A stretch of 64,000 nucleotides of DNA from Octopus bimaculoides. Taxonomy: Eukaryota. The notes under the pieces are model-generated. The model was not told the origin of the DNA. It made no database searches and saw only the letters and a program-made list of their open reading frames with translations. Shown in pieces: positions 13,672-25,300 of the stretch (its first letter is position 1; each line of letters starts with the position of its first letter). The stretch lies in contig NC_068995.1 in assembly GCF_001194135.2 (NCBI RefSeq), positions 40,583,276 to 40,647,275 on the forward strand, written 5' to 3'. The position numbers and the translations under genes were made by a program.

Positions 13672-13832
13672 GGAGTAGGCGTGGCTGTGTGATAAGACGC
13701 TTGCTTCCTAGCCATATGGTTCCAGGTTCAATCCCTCTGTGTTGCACTTTGGGCATGTGTCTTGTACTATATCCTCGGGTCGACCAGAGCATTGTGATGG
13801 ATTTGGTTGACAGAAACTGAAAGAAGCCTGTC

Positions 13833-13876
<44 letters not shown>

Positions 13877-14090
13877 GTATGCGTGAGTCTGTGTTTGTCC
13901 ACAACTTGACAAACGGAGTTGGTTTGTTCACGTCTCTATTACTTAGCGGCTGGGCAAAATAGATCCAATAAAATAAGTACCCGGCTTTAAAAATAAGTCC
14001 TCGAATCGTTACATCAGACTAAAAAGTATTCGAGGTGATGCCCCAGCATGGCCGCTGTCGAACGACTGAAACAAGTAAAAGATAAAAGAT
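13672..14090 (+). mobile_element. SINE family C, full length
   Basis: gtggctgtgtgataag (A-like), ggttcaatccc (B-like), ctttgggcatgtgtc (CORE-like), internal (TA)n, tail cccagcatggcc...gactgaaacaagtaaaagataaaag. Confidence 0.9.
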
Positions 14091-14634
14091 CTCTGGATTT
14101 TTCTTCAGCGTTTGTTACAACCCTGCATATGACGTAAAGAAGGAAATGGAAAATATTCCTGAAAAAACAACAAAGCTGCTGTACTTATCTCTATTATCTT
14201 TCCTATGTAGCAACTCGCAAACTGAAGCAGATGGAATTAAGTGTAGACGCCAGTAGAAGATTGAAAACCGAAAATGTGTGTAGTTTCATTTTATCTGCGA
14301 CCTATCTTTTCACCTTCTCAGGATAAAGCAACAGCGAAGAGAAACAATAACAGTAGCCAGAATTGCAAGAGCACAAGTTAGAAATAACAATAGCGGCAAA
14401 GCAAACAAGATACTAAGCTGTTTGGTAATGACATGTTGTAGATTAAAATGGAGCCGAACTTTTAAAACGTAGTGAAAAATGTAAACTGTGATTTGAGGCA
14501 GATAAGATGGGGAGTTGTTAATGTGAACGGAACTGTGATCACGTCAAATGATGAGACAGCAGAGTAAATACACACACACACACACACACTACACACAAAA
14601 TATACATACTGTATACCATACATGTATAAATGTG

Positions 14635-14675
<41 letters not shown>

Positions 14676-15240
14676 NNNNNNNNNNNNNNNNNNNNNNNNN
14701 NNNNNNNNNNNNNNNNNNNNNNNNNNNNNNNNNNNNNNNNNNNNNNNNNNNNNNNNNNNNNNNNNNNNNNNNNNNNNNNNNNNNNNNNNNNNNNNNNNNN
14801 NNNNNNNNNNNNNNNNNNNNNNNNNNNNNNNNNNNNNNNNNNNNNNNNNNNNNNNNNNNNNNNNNNNNNNNNNNNNNNNNNNNNNNNNNNNNNNNNNNNN
14901 NNNNNNNNNNNNNNNNNNNNNNNNNNNNNNNNNNNNNNNNNNNNNNNNNNNNNNNNNNNNNNNNNNNNNNNNNNNNNNNNNNNNNNNNNNNNNNNNNNNN
15001 NNNNNNNNNNNNNNNNNNNNNNNNNNNNNNNNNNNNNNNNNNNNNNNNNNNNNNNNNGTGTAGCGATTGCGTTGATGTATTTTATATAAAAATCTTAAAC
15101 ATATGTCTGGCAAGAAGCATGCTTTGTAACTTCTCGGTTTTGGGTTCGATTCTTCTCTACTATTGGTCCAAACGAAAGGTTTGTGGATCATGGCATTGAC
15201 AAGCCCTGCTGCAATTGAAAGATTTCTTGAACAGTTGCAG

Positions 15241-15396
15241 AAATACATAAACTGGAGGGGATTCCAAATGTCCAACTTTCTGAGGAGGAAGGATTAGTTA
15301 TTGTGATTAGTGTGGGACCTCGAAGTGTAGACCCATTATGTGATTGCAGTGGTCGTAGTCTTCTATGGCAACAAACTGTACTTCATGCACGTGAAG
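15241..15396 (+). CDS. Candidate phase 1-1 coding exon of an unidentified gene
   Basis: ttgcag| acceptor, 156 nt open (EIHKLEGIPNVQLSEEEGLVIVISVGPRSVDPLCDCSGRSLLWQQTVLHARE), and AAG|GTAATT donor. Protein not recognised and the acceptor is weak. Confidence 0.3.
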
Positions 15397-15898
15397 GTAA
15401 TTTTTCATTCCAAATATTGTAGCTACGTTGTATCGGTTATCAAGGAGTGTGGTTCTTGTGTAACCTGTGACGATGTGGAATATACTTTTTTATGTGCTTT
15501 GTAATTTGTTGTAAAAGTATGGATGGCCCTGGCCTGGAACGCTATGCTTTATAATTGATCTAATACGTATATAGTTTGTCATTTATCTTTGTTGTTACTG
15601 TTGGAGTTATTGCTTAGTCCCAGGACACGCAAATTGAACAGGTCTCTTATGAAAAGTATTCTATTGTGTGACCATCACGCCTTTCATAGCTTAACTCAAA
15701 CTATATAATTCAATATGTCCTTTCTCTTTTTTTTTTTTTTATAAGTCATCAGGATGATTTGAAATGGATTTAGCTCTTGTTTCAGGCAGAACAAGTTATC
15801 ATGTTGAGCGGGTTGGGGAATTTTTCAGAAATAAGGTTGAATTGCAAATACATACACACTCTGCCGGTGTCACATTTTTGCTAAGAAAAATAAAGAAT

Positions 15899-16102
15899 AT
15901 AGGCGCAGGAGTGGCTGTGTGGTAAGTAACCTGCTTATCAACCATATGGTTCCGGGTTCATTCCCACTGCGTGGCACCTTGGGCAAGTGTTTTCTACTAT
16001 AGATTCGACCGAACAAAGCCTAGTGAGTGAATTTGGTAGACAGAAACTGAAAGAAGCTTGTGGTGTATATACATATACACACACACACACACACACATAC
16101 AC

Positions 16103-16160
<58 letters not shown>

Positions 16161-16568
16161 GCATGTGTGTATATGTTTGTGTATGTCACCCCAACATCGC
16201 TTGACAACCGATGCTGGTGTGTTTACGTCCCCGTAACTTAGCGTTTCGGCAAAAAGAGATCGCTAGAATAAATACTAGTGGATTTGGTAGACGGAAACTG
16301 AAAGAAGCCCGTCGTATATATGTATGTATATATATATATATATATATATATTATGTGTGTGTATATGTTTGTGTGTGTATGTTGTCCCCCCAACATCGCT
16401 TGACAACCGATGCTAGTGTGTTTACGTCCTCGTAACTAGCGGTTCGTCAAAGGTGACCGATAGAGTAAGTACTAGGCTTCCAAGGAATGAGTCCTCGGGT
16501 CGATTTGCTCGACTAAAGGCGGTGCTCCAGCATGGCCGCAGTCCAATGACTGAAACAAGCAAAAGAGC
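15899..16568 (+). mobile_element. SINE family C with an internal ~240-bp duplication
   Basis: Head ggcgcaggagtggctgtgtggtaag. The module gatttggtagac...(microsatellite)...gatagaataagtacta occurs twice. Confidence 0.9.
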
Positions 16569-16599
16569 AATCTTGAAGTTTACTAAATCCTCAGATAAC

Positions 16600-16900
16600 T
16601 GCTATTAAATTATTGTTAGGTCGTAAGGAATAAACCATATTTTTATTTCACCAATTGGGTTTCTAAAATTTCTTCAATGGCCGTTTCAGATTTGTATGTG
16701 GATGAGGAGTTTCCCACACGAGATGCCATTGACTCGTCTATAGTCCTTATTTATGGAGACCCTATAATTCATGTGAACGAGTGTTGTTTTATTATAAAAC
16801 CATTCAATAACATTTCAGTTAAACTAAATACATATGTCCAAGATTTATTCATAATGTTCTCGCGGGTGCAATGTTGTACACGGAACGTTTTTATTAATTA
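16600..16900 (-). mobile_element. Possible piggyBac-type transposase relic
   Basis: Minus frames give TIDESM followed by KPNW / IKIW, resembling piggyBac (S/T)IDESM...KP.KWG.K.W. Spacing is imperfect. Confidence 0.25.
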
Positions 16901-17059
16901 AGTCAATCTCAGTAATTGGTTGGTATTTAATTTATCGATCACAGAGCACAAAGCATGTAACACAACAAAGAAGAGGAAAGAGTCAAGGTTATTGATTCTG
17001 GTACCTGACTCCTCTGCTACTTTATTTCATCGACTCCAGAATGATGAAAAGCAAATTGA

Positions 17060-17260
17060 TTTTTACTTGTTTCAGTCATTTGACTGCGGCCATGCTGGAG
17101 CACCACCTTGAATGGTTTTAGTCGAACAAATCGACCCCAGGAATTTTTTTTCAAGCCTAGTACTTATTCTCACGGTTTCGTTTGCCGAACCGCTAAGTTA
17201 CGGGGACGCAAACACGCCAACACCGATTGTCAAGCGGTAATGGGGGACAAACACAAACAC

Positions 17261-17295
<35 letters not shown>

Positions 17296-17490
17296 CCATA
17301 GATATATACATATATGTATATAAATATATGACGAGCTTCTTTCAGTTTTCGTCTAGCAAATTGACTCACAGGATTTTGGTGTGCCCGAGGCTATAGTAGA
17401 TGACACTTGCTCAAGGTGCCACCCAGCGGGACTGAACCCAGAGCCATGTGGTTGGGAAGCAAACTTCTTACCACACAGCCACGCCTGCAG
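17060..17490 (-). mobile_element. SINE family C, full length (plus-strand tail fragment follows at 17495-17620)
   Basis: Reverse complement of the family C consensus. Internal (CA)n/(TA)n. Confidence 0.9.
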
Positions 17491-18619
17491 AATAACTTTA
17501 AGTCGAATGAATTGACTTCAGTACATTCGACTTAAAGTTCTTCAAAGTGGTGCCCCAGCATGGCCACAATCTAATGACTGAAACAAGTAAAAAAAAAATA
17601 AAAGATAAAAGATGAAAGATACAAGTATTTGACATTAACCGAGTCAGAGTCAATTAAATCTTTCATTCGTACCGTTTGTTGCCAAAATAGCTGTGAGTAT
17701 TCAGTGATCGGTCAAACTGAACTGGAGCACGACCTATGGTATAAGTGAGACAATTAGTAAACTTCCGGTCGCCTCTTGTCTCTTAGATTTTGCTGAACGA
17801 GACATTTCATTTCCTACACGTCTTATTTATTCATCCACCAATCCGTCTGTCAATCGGCCTGTCTACGTGTGGTTAACTACCTATCTATCTATCTATCTAT
17901 CTATCTGTCTGTCTAACTGTTTGTCTGTCAGTCTGTCTATTTATCTATCTACCTACCTATCTTTCTGTTTATTTGTACCCCCACACAGGTAATACTTATA
18001 TAAAGAGATAGTTATACGCATGCACTCACACGTGTGTGTATGTAAGTGTGCATGTGTGTGCGCGCGCGAGCGTTGTGTGTACTTATATTAGGTATACGTG
18101 CACATGCAAACACACATATATGTATGTATATATACGTTTGTATGTATATGTATGTGTATGTACGTGTATATATGTATATGTTTATATATGTATATATTAT
18201 GTATGTATGCTTGTATATGTATGTATGTTTGTATATGTTTGTATATGTATGTATGTTTGTATATGTATGTATGCTTGTATATGTATGTTTATATATGTTT
18301 GTGCATGTATGCATGTATGTATGTATGTGGTGAGTTTTACAGAGTTAATTCAGTTTCAGTTCAATTCAAAACTGAATTAATTCTCTAAACGGTGTTTCGA
18401 TTACGCGCGCGTGAGCGTGTGTATACATGCGTTTATTGCTTATGTGTCGCGTGTGGAAGTTAATAAAGAGATTTAAGAAGGCAAATGAAGCAATGGGATT
18501 CTTTTGAAATGTATTGAAATCACATCGATTGGTGATTCACAGTAAAATTACACTATCGCTATCATTACTGTATACATCATTACATTAAACTGTATGCACC
18601 ATCATATTAAACTGTAGAC

Positions 18620-19350
18620 ATGATTAATACAAAATGTTTAAATCAATGGGAAAGAGTCATGCGTGGCACACAAATTCCAAAGAATTGTTTAAGAATCTTT
18701 GGAAATAAATCTTATAAAAGTCTTGAGAATCTAATGGAATGATTTTGTGAGAAATGAAGTGGTTCAAGACACATGCAAAAGTATCATTTTATATCGGCTT
18801 TCAGAGCTTATATGGTACATTGTATTCCAAAAAAAAAAGTGTCTCTTTTAAAGGAAAACCCAGTGTTTTGATTACTGGCTAGCAGTGGTTCAAGAAAGGC
18901 TTTGCCAAAATTAAGGAACGTCTTAGAAGTTCATGCTCTTTGTTCCTTGTCTACTGACAAACACGGCAGATACAAGATTGAGAAAGAGTTAATGACGATG
19001 GTTAGCCACGTTCTTTGATCTCACCTTGAAGATCGGCTAATACGTTCCAAGATACCAGAAGAAGAGGAAGACCTTGGCCTTCACTGGAAGAGAACAATAA
19101 AGAGAGAAAGGAGAAATTACATCTAAACGAAGAAATACAGAAGAAAGAAATATGCTGAGAACAGGTAGCTTCTTCTCAACTGATACTGGATACAATACCA
19201 GTGTTATTAGCCTCGAGAGAGGCTTTTGGTGCATAAAAGTACATACAAAGATCGTAGCAGACAAGAATCATTTGTCAAGGGCGCCGGAATACACATATCA
19301 CGTAATTTTATTCTACTGGAAATCATCAGCGGGAAGCATCCGGTCACCGC
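18620..19350 (+). pseudogene. Degenerate ZMYM1-like hAT transposase N-terminal region (TTF zinc finger / DUF4371-like)
   Basis: Fragments across frames: MKWFKT, LYSKKKSVSF, ITG*QWFKKGFAKIKE, LNEEIQKKEI, ILDTIPVLLASREAFG, RNFILLEIISGKHPV. Their order matches this transposase family. Many stops and frameshifts. Confidence 0.4.
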
Positions 19351-19841
19351 ATGCCAGTCAGATCTCGTTGCTATGACATAGAAAATATCAGCATTTTTTC
19401 AGACACTGATGCTGCAAACAGCCAGATGGCTTATTAAAAACCAATTATTAGTAACGTAAGTACTATTAATAGCAAAAGGTAATCATTATGCCCAACTTTG
19501 CATTGATATCTTGTTAGAACGCCGAACACTGTGGCATTAGTCTTGAGAGATCCTGTCATATAGATGTTTGGCGCATAAAAGCACAAACATAGACCGTAGT
19601 AAACAAAAATCGACTATCATGGGCGCTGGAATTCCTATATACCAAAAGCTATATAGGAAGATACCGTATTAGACATTAATAATATTTTTCTTTTAGTTGA
19701 TTTGAGTATTGTTCTTTCTCTTCTTACTCTGAGTTCCGCATGTGGGTACACAGCGGTTTCGTCGTAACTTGCTTCAAAAGTATTTGCACATATACAGGCG
19801 GAACTCAGAATGACAAGACACTGCCTCTACCTACCTACCTA

Positions 19842-19886
<45 letters not shown>

Positions 19887-20817
19887 NNNNNNNNNNNNNN
19901 NNNNNNNNNNNNNNNNNNNNNNNNNNNNNNNNNNNNNNNNNNNNNNNNNNNNNNNNNNNNNNNNNNNNNNNNNNNNNNNNNNNNNNNNNNNNNNNNNNNN
20001 NNNNNNNNNNNNNNNNNNNNNNNNNNNNNNNNNNNNNNNNNNNNNNNNNNNNNNNNNNNNNNNNNNNNNNNNNNNNNNNNNNNNNNNNNNNNNNNNNNNN
20101 NNNNNNNNNNNNNNNNNNNNNNNNNNNNNNNNNNNNNNNNNNNNNNNNNNNNNNNNNNNNNNNNNNNNNNNNNNNNNNNNNNNNNNNNNNNNNNNNNNNN
20201 NNNNNNNNNNNNNNNNNNNNNNNNNNNNNNNNNNNNNNNNNNNNNNNNNNNNNNNNNNNNNNNNNNNNNNNNNNNNNNNNNNNNNNNNNNNNNNNNNNNN
20301 NNNNNNNNNNNNNNNNNNNNNNNNNNNNNNNNNNNNNNNNNNNNNNNNNNNNNNNNNNNNNNNNNNNNNNNNNNNNNNNNNNNNNNNNNNNNNNNNNNNN
20401 NNNNNNNNNNNNNNNNNNNNNNNNNNNNNNNNNNNNNNNNNNNNNNNNNNNNNNNNNNNNNNNNNNNNNNNNNNNNNNNNNNNNNNNNNNNNNNNNNNNN
20501 NNNNNNNNNNNNNNNNNNNNNNNNNNNNNNNNNNNNNNNNNNNNNNNNNNNNNNNNNNNNNNNNNNNNNNNNNNNNNNNNNNNNNNNNNNNNNNNNNNNN
20601 NNNNNNNNNNNNNNNNNNNNNNNNNNNNNNNNNNNNNNNNNNNNNNNNNNNNNNNNNNNNNNNNNNNNNNNNNNNNNNNNNNNNNNNNNNNNNNNNNNNN
20701 NNNNNNNNNNNNNCTGGCGTTTCGACGAGCTTGGGCAGGACGCATCGCTAAAACGGCTCGTCCCATGGATCGCAGATTAAATTTGTATACGCAAATTAAA
20801 TCTAGCCATGGAGGAAT

Positions 20818-21087
20818 GTAGTGGCGGACAAAAAACAAGACAGGAAAACAAACAGAAAAGGCTTTACGGCCAGACGAGAAAAATTATGTGTGTATGAACG
20901 CGATGAGGCACGAACCCGAGAGAGACAAAGTGGTGCGTGCGTTGCTTGGCGAAAGCCAAGGAAGGAAAGGATTATTGACCGGAAGCATGTGACCATGCCG
21001 GTAGAGAGAGTGGTAGAGGGATATATATAAAGAAGCATTGGTTATAGAACAAACATTAAAGTTGAGTCAACGACTTTATATACAACA
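20818..21087 (+). mobile_element. Possible solo LTR
   Basis: Begins TGTAGTG and ends TACAACA, with TATATAAA at ~21022 and ATTAAA near the end. No TSD detected. Confidence 0.25.
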
Positions 21088-21559
21088 CCACGCCTTAATC
21101 ATTTAATCATATACAAAGATCATCATGGTTCCCAAACACATAGAAATAATACATATACATAAAATCACAGAACGTGAAAATATACAATCGAATAAAATAC
21201 AAATAGAACAGCCTATCAAAAAGTTAAATAGAAACGGCTACAAATTCAAAAGCTACCAAAAAACCCTAATAGACAAATATAAAATAAGTAAAGGTAAAAA
21301 TAGAATAAAATAAAATAAATGTCCACCGACTAAAAAAGTTTTATCAGACGATTAAAATATTTTTTTAATTTAATTTTTTTTTTTAATATTTGAAAAAAGT
21401 CTCTTCCTTCCCTCGTACAGGTACGTCCAAAATTCATAAGTAAACAGACTTCCACAGGTCAAATTCACATACATCTTGAAAAAAGTATTTTACTCCCCTC
21501 ACACAAGTACGTCCAAAAGTTCATAAGCAGACTTCACAGGTCAAATTCAACATTCACAT

Positions 21560-22620
21560 ATATCTATGGCCAATTAGGGAACTCACTACCGCAGTTTATT
21601 AACACTAAAGTCCATCACGGCGATGACCCCTTCATCAGGATAAACAGGAAACAAGGAACACGCACAAATCAAATTTTTTTTATGAAAAGCTTATATGACT
21701 TAAAAGAACAACCCATCAGCCAAATTTTCTAAAAAAAAAAAACAAAAAAGAAAAAACGTCTATTGCTAAACACTCAGATGGCTGTAGTTAACAGAAATTC
21801 AACCTCGCCAGTTTCAAATCCCCGTAACGCTAAACAATTTTATTATATCTACTTTTAATTTCTATACACTTTCAAAAAGGTGGACGAAAACCTATGGTTG
21901 CAAAAAGGGACCACCTCAGTGAATCGATTCAAAGTTTATCCAAAGGACTTAAGGATGGTAAGGGATTCTTTTACACGGCAACTTGCACTTATTTACATTT
22001 ACTCTGAAGTAAGGGGCTCTCAAAATAACTCTTATTATTCCTCTTTAGATCGTGTATATAAGATGCAAGTGTGGCAGAGCGACAGTATTTTTCATTTGAA
22101 AATGAGTTCATGTGGGCCCTATACCTAGCCTTAAAATTTACTGTACTACCTATATAAAACTTATCTAAATTATCCTCATCCTTTACAACGCATTTATAAA
22201 TTGCATTAGTAATTACACAGAATCCATCAAGGGGACATAATCCAGGGTTTCTACAATTACATGATTTCCCAGGGCCATCCCTCACCTTATTTCTACTACT
22301 AATAGTACTTGTCAGGTTCCCCACATTCACTCCTTCTCATCTCTCATTACTAGGGTTCGATGCATTCGGTGGTAGCAAAATGTTGGTATCACTAAACATA
22401 GGCGTATCAGAAATTACCTGTCCTGAACCGGGGTTTCCATCAGAAGAACATCTCCAGTGCACTTGCCCATTTAACTTGCTTCTATTTATAGATGCAATAA
22501 TGCAGGCCAAATTTGGCATTACTGAGTAAGAGAACTTGATAGAAGATTTATTGCAAATGGTGTAGTATTTATGACTCTTTGGAGCGATGAAGATCAAATC
22601 TCGGTTATGTAACCACAACG
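21560..22620 (-). mobile_element. Penelope-like element 3' part: GIY-YIG endonuclease and pseudo-LTR
   Basis: ICNKSSIKFSYSVMPNL, CNCRNPGLCPLDGFC...IYKC...FYIGSTVNFKARYRAHMNSF...SATLASYIHDLK, then LNRFTEV..FCNHR. Degenerate hammerhead at 21564-21644. Confidence 0.88.
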
Positions 22621-22772
22621 GTGCCTCCTTTTAGCATGCGTGCGGTGAAGGCAATGCAGCCAACCTAAAAATCATTTTGGTGGAAGTGCAGATGATATTT
22701 TACCTTGCTTTGTATGTGTGTATACTTTTATTCATTTCAGCTATGCAGCAGCAGTCATGCTGGAGTACCACC

Positions 22773-22842
<70 letters not shown>

Positions 22843-22880
22843 TGTGTGTATGTATGTATGTATGCATATATGTATGTGTG

Positions 22881-22937
<57 letters not shown>

Positions 22938-23466
22938 GTGAAAGAGAGAAAGAGAGAGAGAGAGGGAGGGATTGAAGGGGAATATAATCCTGGTTATCAC
23001 TTCGTTAGCACATCCTGCCGGATCCTGGCTAACGTAATATTTCAAAACCCATAAGACATCGATTGATATAAACGGTAGCACTACGCAACTCAAAAGCAAG
23101 ATCCAGTAGGCTTAAAATAAGCACCGCAGAGGGAAAAATAAATGTAATAATTCAAAAAAGCAAGAACAAGTAAAATTGTTACTGCGATTGCTTCCGCAAA
23201 CGAACATTTTTTTTTCTCGTAACTCGTACACTGTTATCTAATTCATACGATATTTTGTAATCATGTCATAAAATATGGAAATATGTGATGATAATTTTAT
23301 AGTCCACTCACTTCTTCACATGTCATGATCTGAAGGCACAATCAGCTAAATGAGTCATTCATTTTTATGGAATTAAAAATATCCGCTTACTGAGACAATC
23401 GTAATGTCAGTTTGACTTCTGCCCTCATTTAAATCATTACTTATATGCATACATACATATATACGC

Positions 23467-23515
<49 letters not shown>

Positions 23516-23516
23516 C

Positions 23517-23576
<60 letters not shown>

Positions 23577-24639
23577 TTATATATGTATTTATGTAATGTA
23601 TGTATGTATATGTATATGTGTGTGTATACATACATATATATATATATATATCTATATATATATAGATATATATATATATATTAACATACAGAGAGAGAGA
23701 GAGAGAGAGAGATACATACATATACGTATGTATACACGCAGATTTATATTTAAGAACTGTATTAGGAACTGGCGTTGTCACTTTATTAGAGTTCTGCAAT
23801 ATTCTATACCTGTCGACATATAAGAAATATATTTAGACAACGTAGTCCATACGTCCGAATATCCACATACTACTGATTCAAACCCAAGTCCAGCACACGT
23901 TTCAGAGGAGCTATCTCTTAACGATGAAACAGGCATCTGGACCAGCAATGTCATCGCGCTTCAGGACCAGTTACTGCAACAGTTTGGGTTTNNNNNNNNN
24001 NNNNNNNNNNNNNNNNNNNNNNNNNNNNNNNNNNNNNNNNNNNNNNNNNNNNNNNNNNNNNNNNNNNNNNNNNNNNNNNNNNNNNNNNNNNATATATATA
24101 TATATACATACATATATATATGTATATATATATATGTATGTGTATGTATGTATGTGTCAATAGATATAAGTACGTGTATAACCGTCCTTCCAACAGAAAA
24201 CTGATAATCTCGTTGTATATCTTATATGTGTCGTTAATTATTCGCAACGGCTCTATGAGGAAAATATCGGATTGAGTCATTCGTATGAAATTAATTGGTG
24301 AAAATAATGACAATGAATTATAATACATAGATTTTTTTTTCTTTGTTTTCAAACGTACTTCCAGAAATATAGCCGTCTTCCGGTGGTGTGTTGTACAATA
24401 AGGTAAATCTATAAAACAGCACGGATTGTTAAAAAGATGTTGAAGGGACAGAGAGGTTGATAATAATGGATAGCAATCTATTCAGAAATGACGACATACA
24501 GAAAAGAACTGCTTGCATAAATGGGTTCTGCTGTAGGCAATATATAAGTTTATACATTGTACAAATATAACGTTTAATGTATAAATATAAGTTCCTGCTT
24601 TAAGAAGTCAATTGCGTAATTTCTTTGCTGTAGAAAATA

Positions 24640-24685
<46 letters not shown>

Positions 24686-24809
24686 TTTCAATGAAAGACT
24701 TATTGATTACCACTGTTGTGCCAATAGCTAATGCTTTAATTAAACAAACAAGATTAACGAACCAGTTGTAACCTAATGAAATAGAGATAACGTCTACTGC
24801 CACTACAGA

Positions 24810-25300
24810 ATTTCTGTGTTTACAATATTCTCTGTAAAACATGTTTTTATTCTTCGTTTTTGACCATAAAGCTAAGTTCACTTGTAATTTCCTTTTCTGG
24901 TCGTAGCTACATAAAACTGACCATGAGAGAAGAATTTATTGTTCTGTAAGGAGAAACCGACTTCGGAAAATGTTTGGCCTTGAGCTTTGTGAATTGTAAG
25001 ACCAAAGGATTGTTTGACCGGAAATTGACACGTTTGCAATGGAAATAGCCAAGCTTGATCATTTGATTGCATTTGTATCCTTGAGATAAATAAATCTTTC
25101 TCGTTATGGATACCAAATGCAATAACAGCTTATATAAACGTGCTGTTGAGGCTCTTAACAATCTACGTTGTCCCACTGCAATGGCCATTAGCGGCATCAA
25201 AATTTGAAAGTACAATGAGCACAGTTCCTTTGAGAAGCCATCTTTGTTGAAGCAACCCACTGAAACAAATTGTGTTTTAAAGCAGAGCTGGATAAAATGT
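24810..25300 (-). mobile_element. Helitron PIF1-type helicase C-terminal relic
   Basis: QFPVKQSFGLTIHKAQGQTF..VG..L...FFSHGQFYVATTR and a terminal TENIVNTEIL match Helitron helicase motifs V/VI and the C-terminus. Frameshifted. Confidence 0.8.

Noticed and set aside
18620-19125. All-TGA stops suggesting an alternative genetic code or selenoprotein
   Set aside because: TGG is also used, other frames carry the transposase-like motifs, and CpG decay or chance explains four TGAs.
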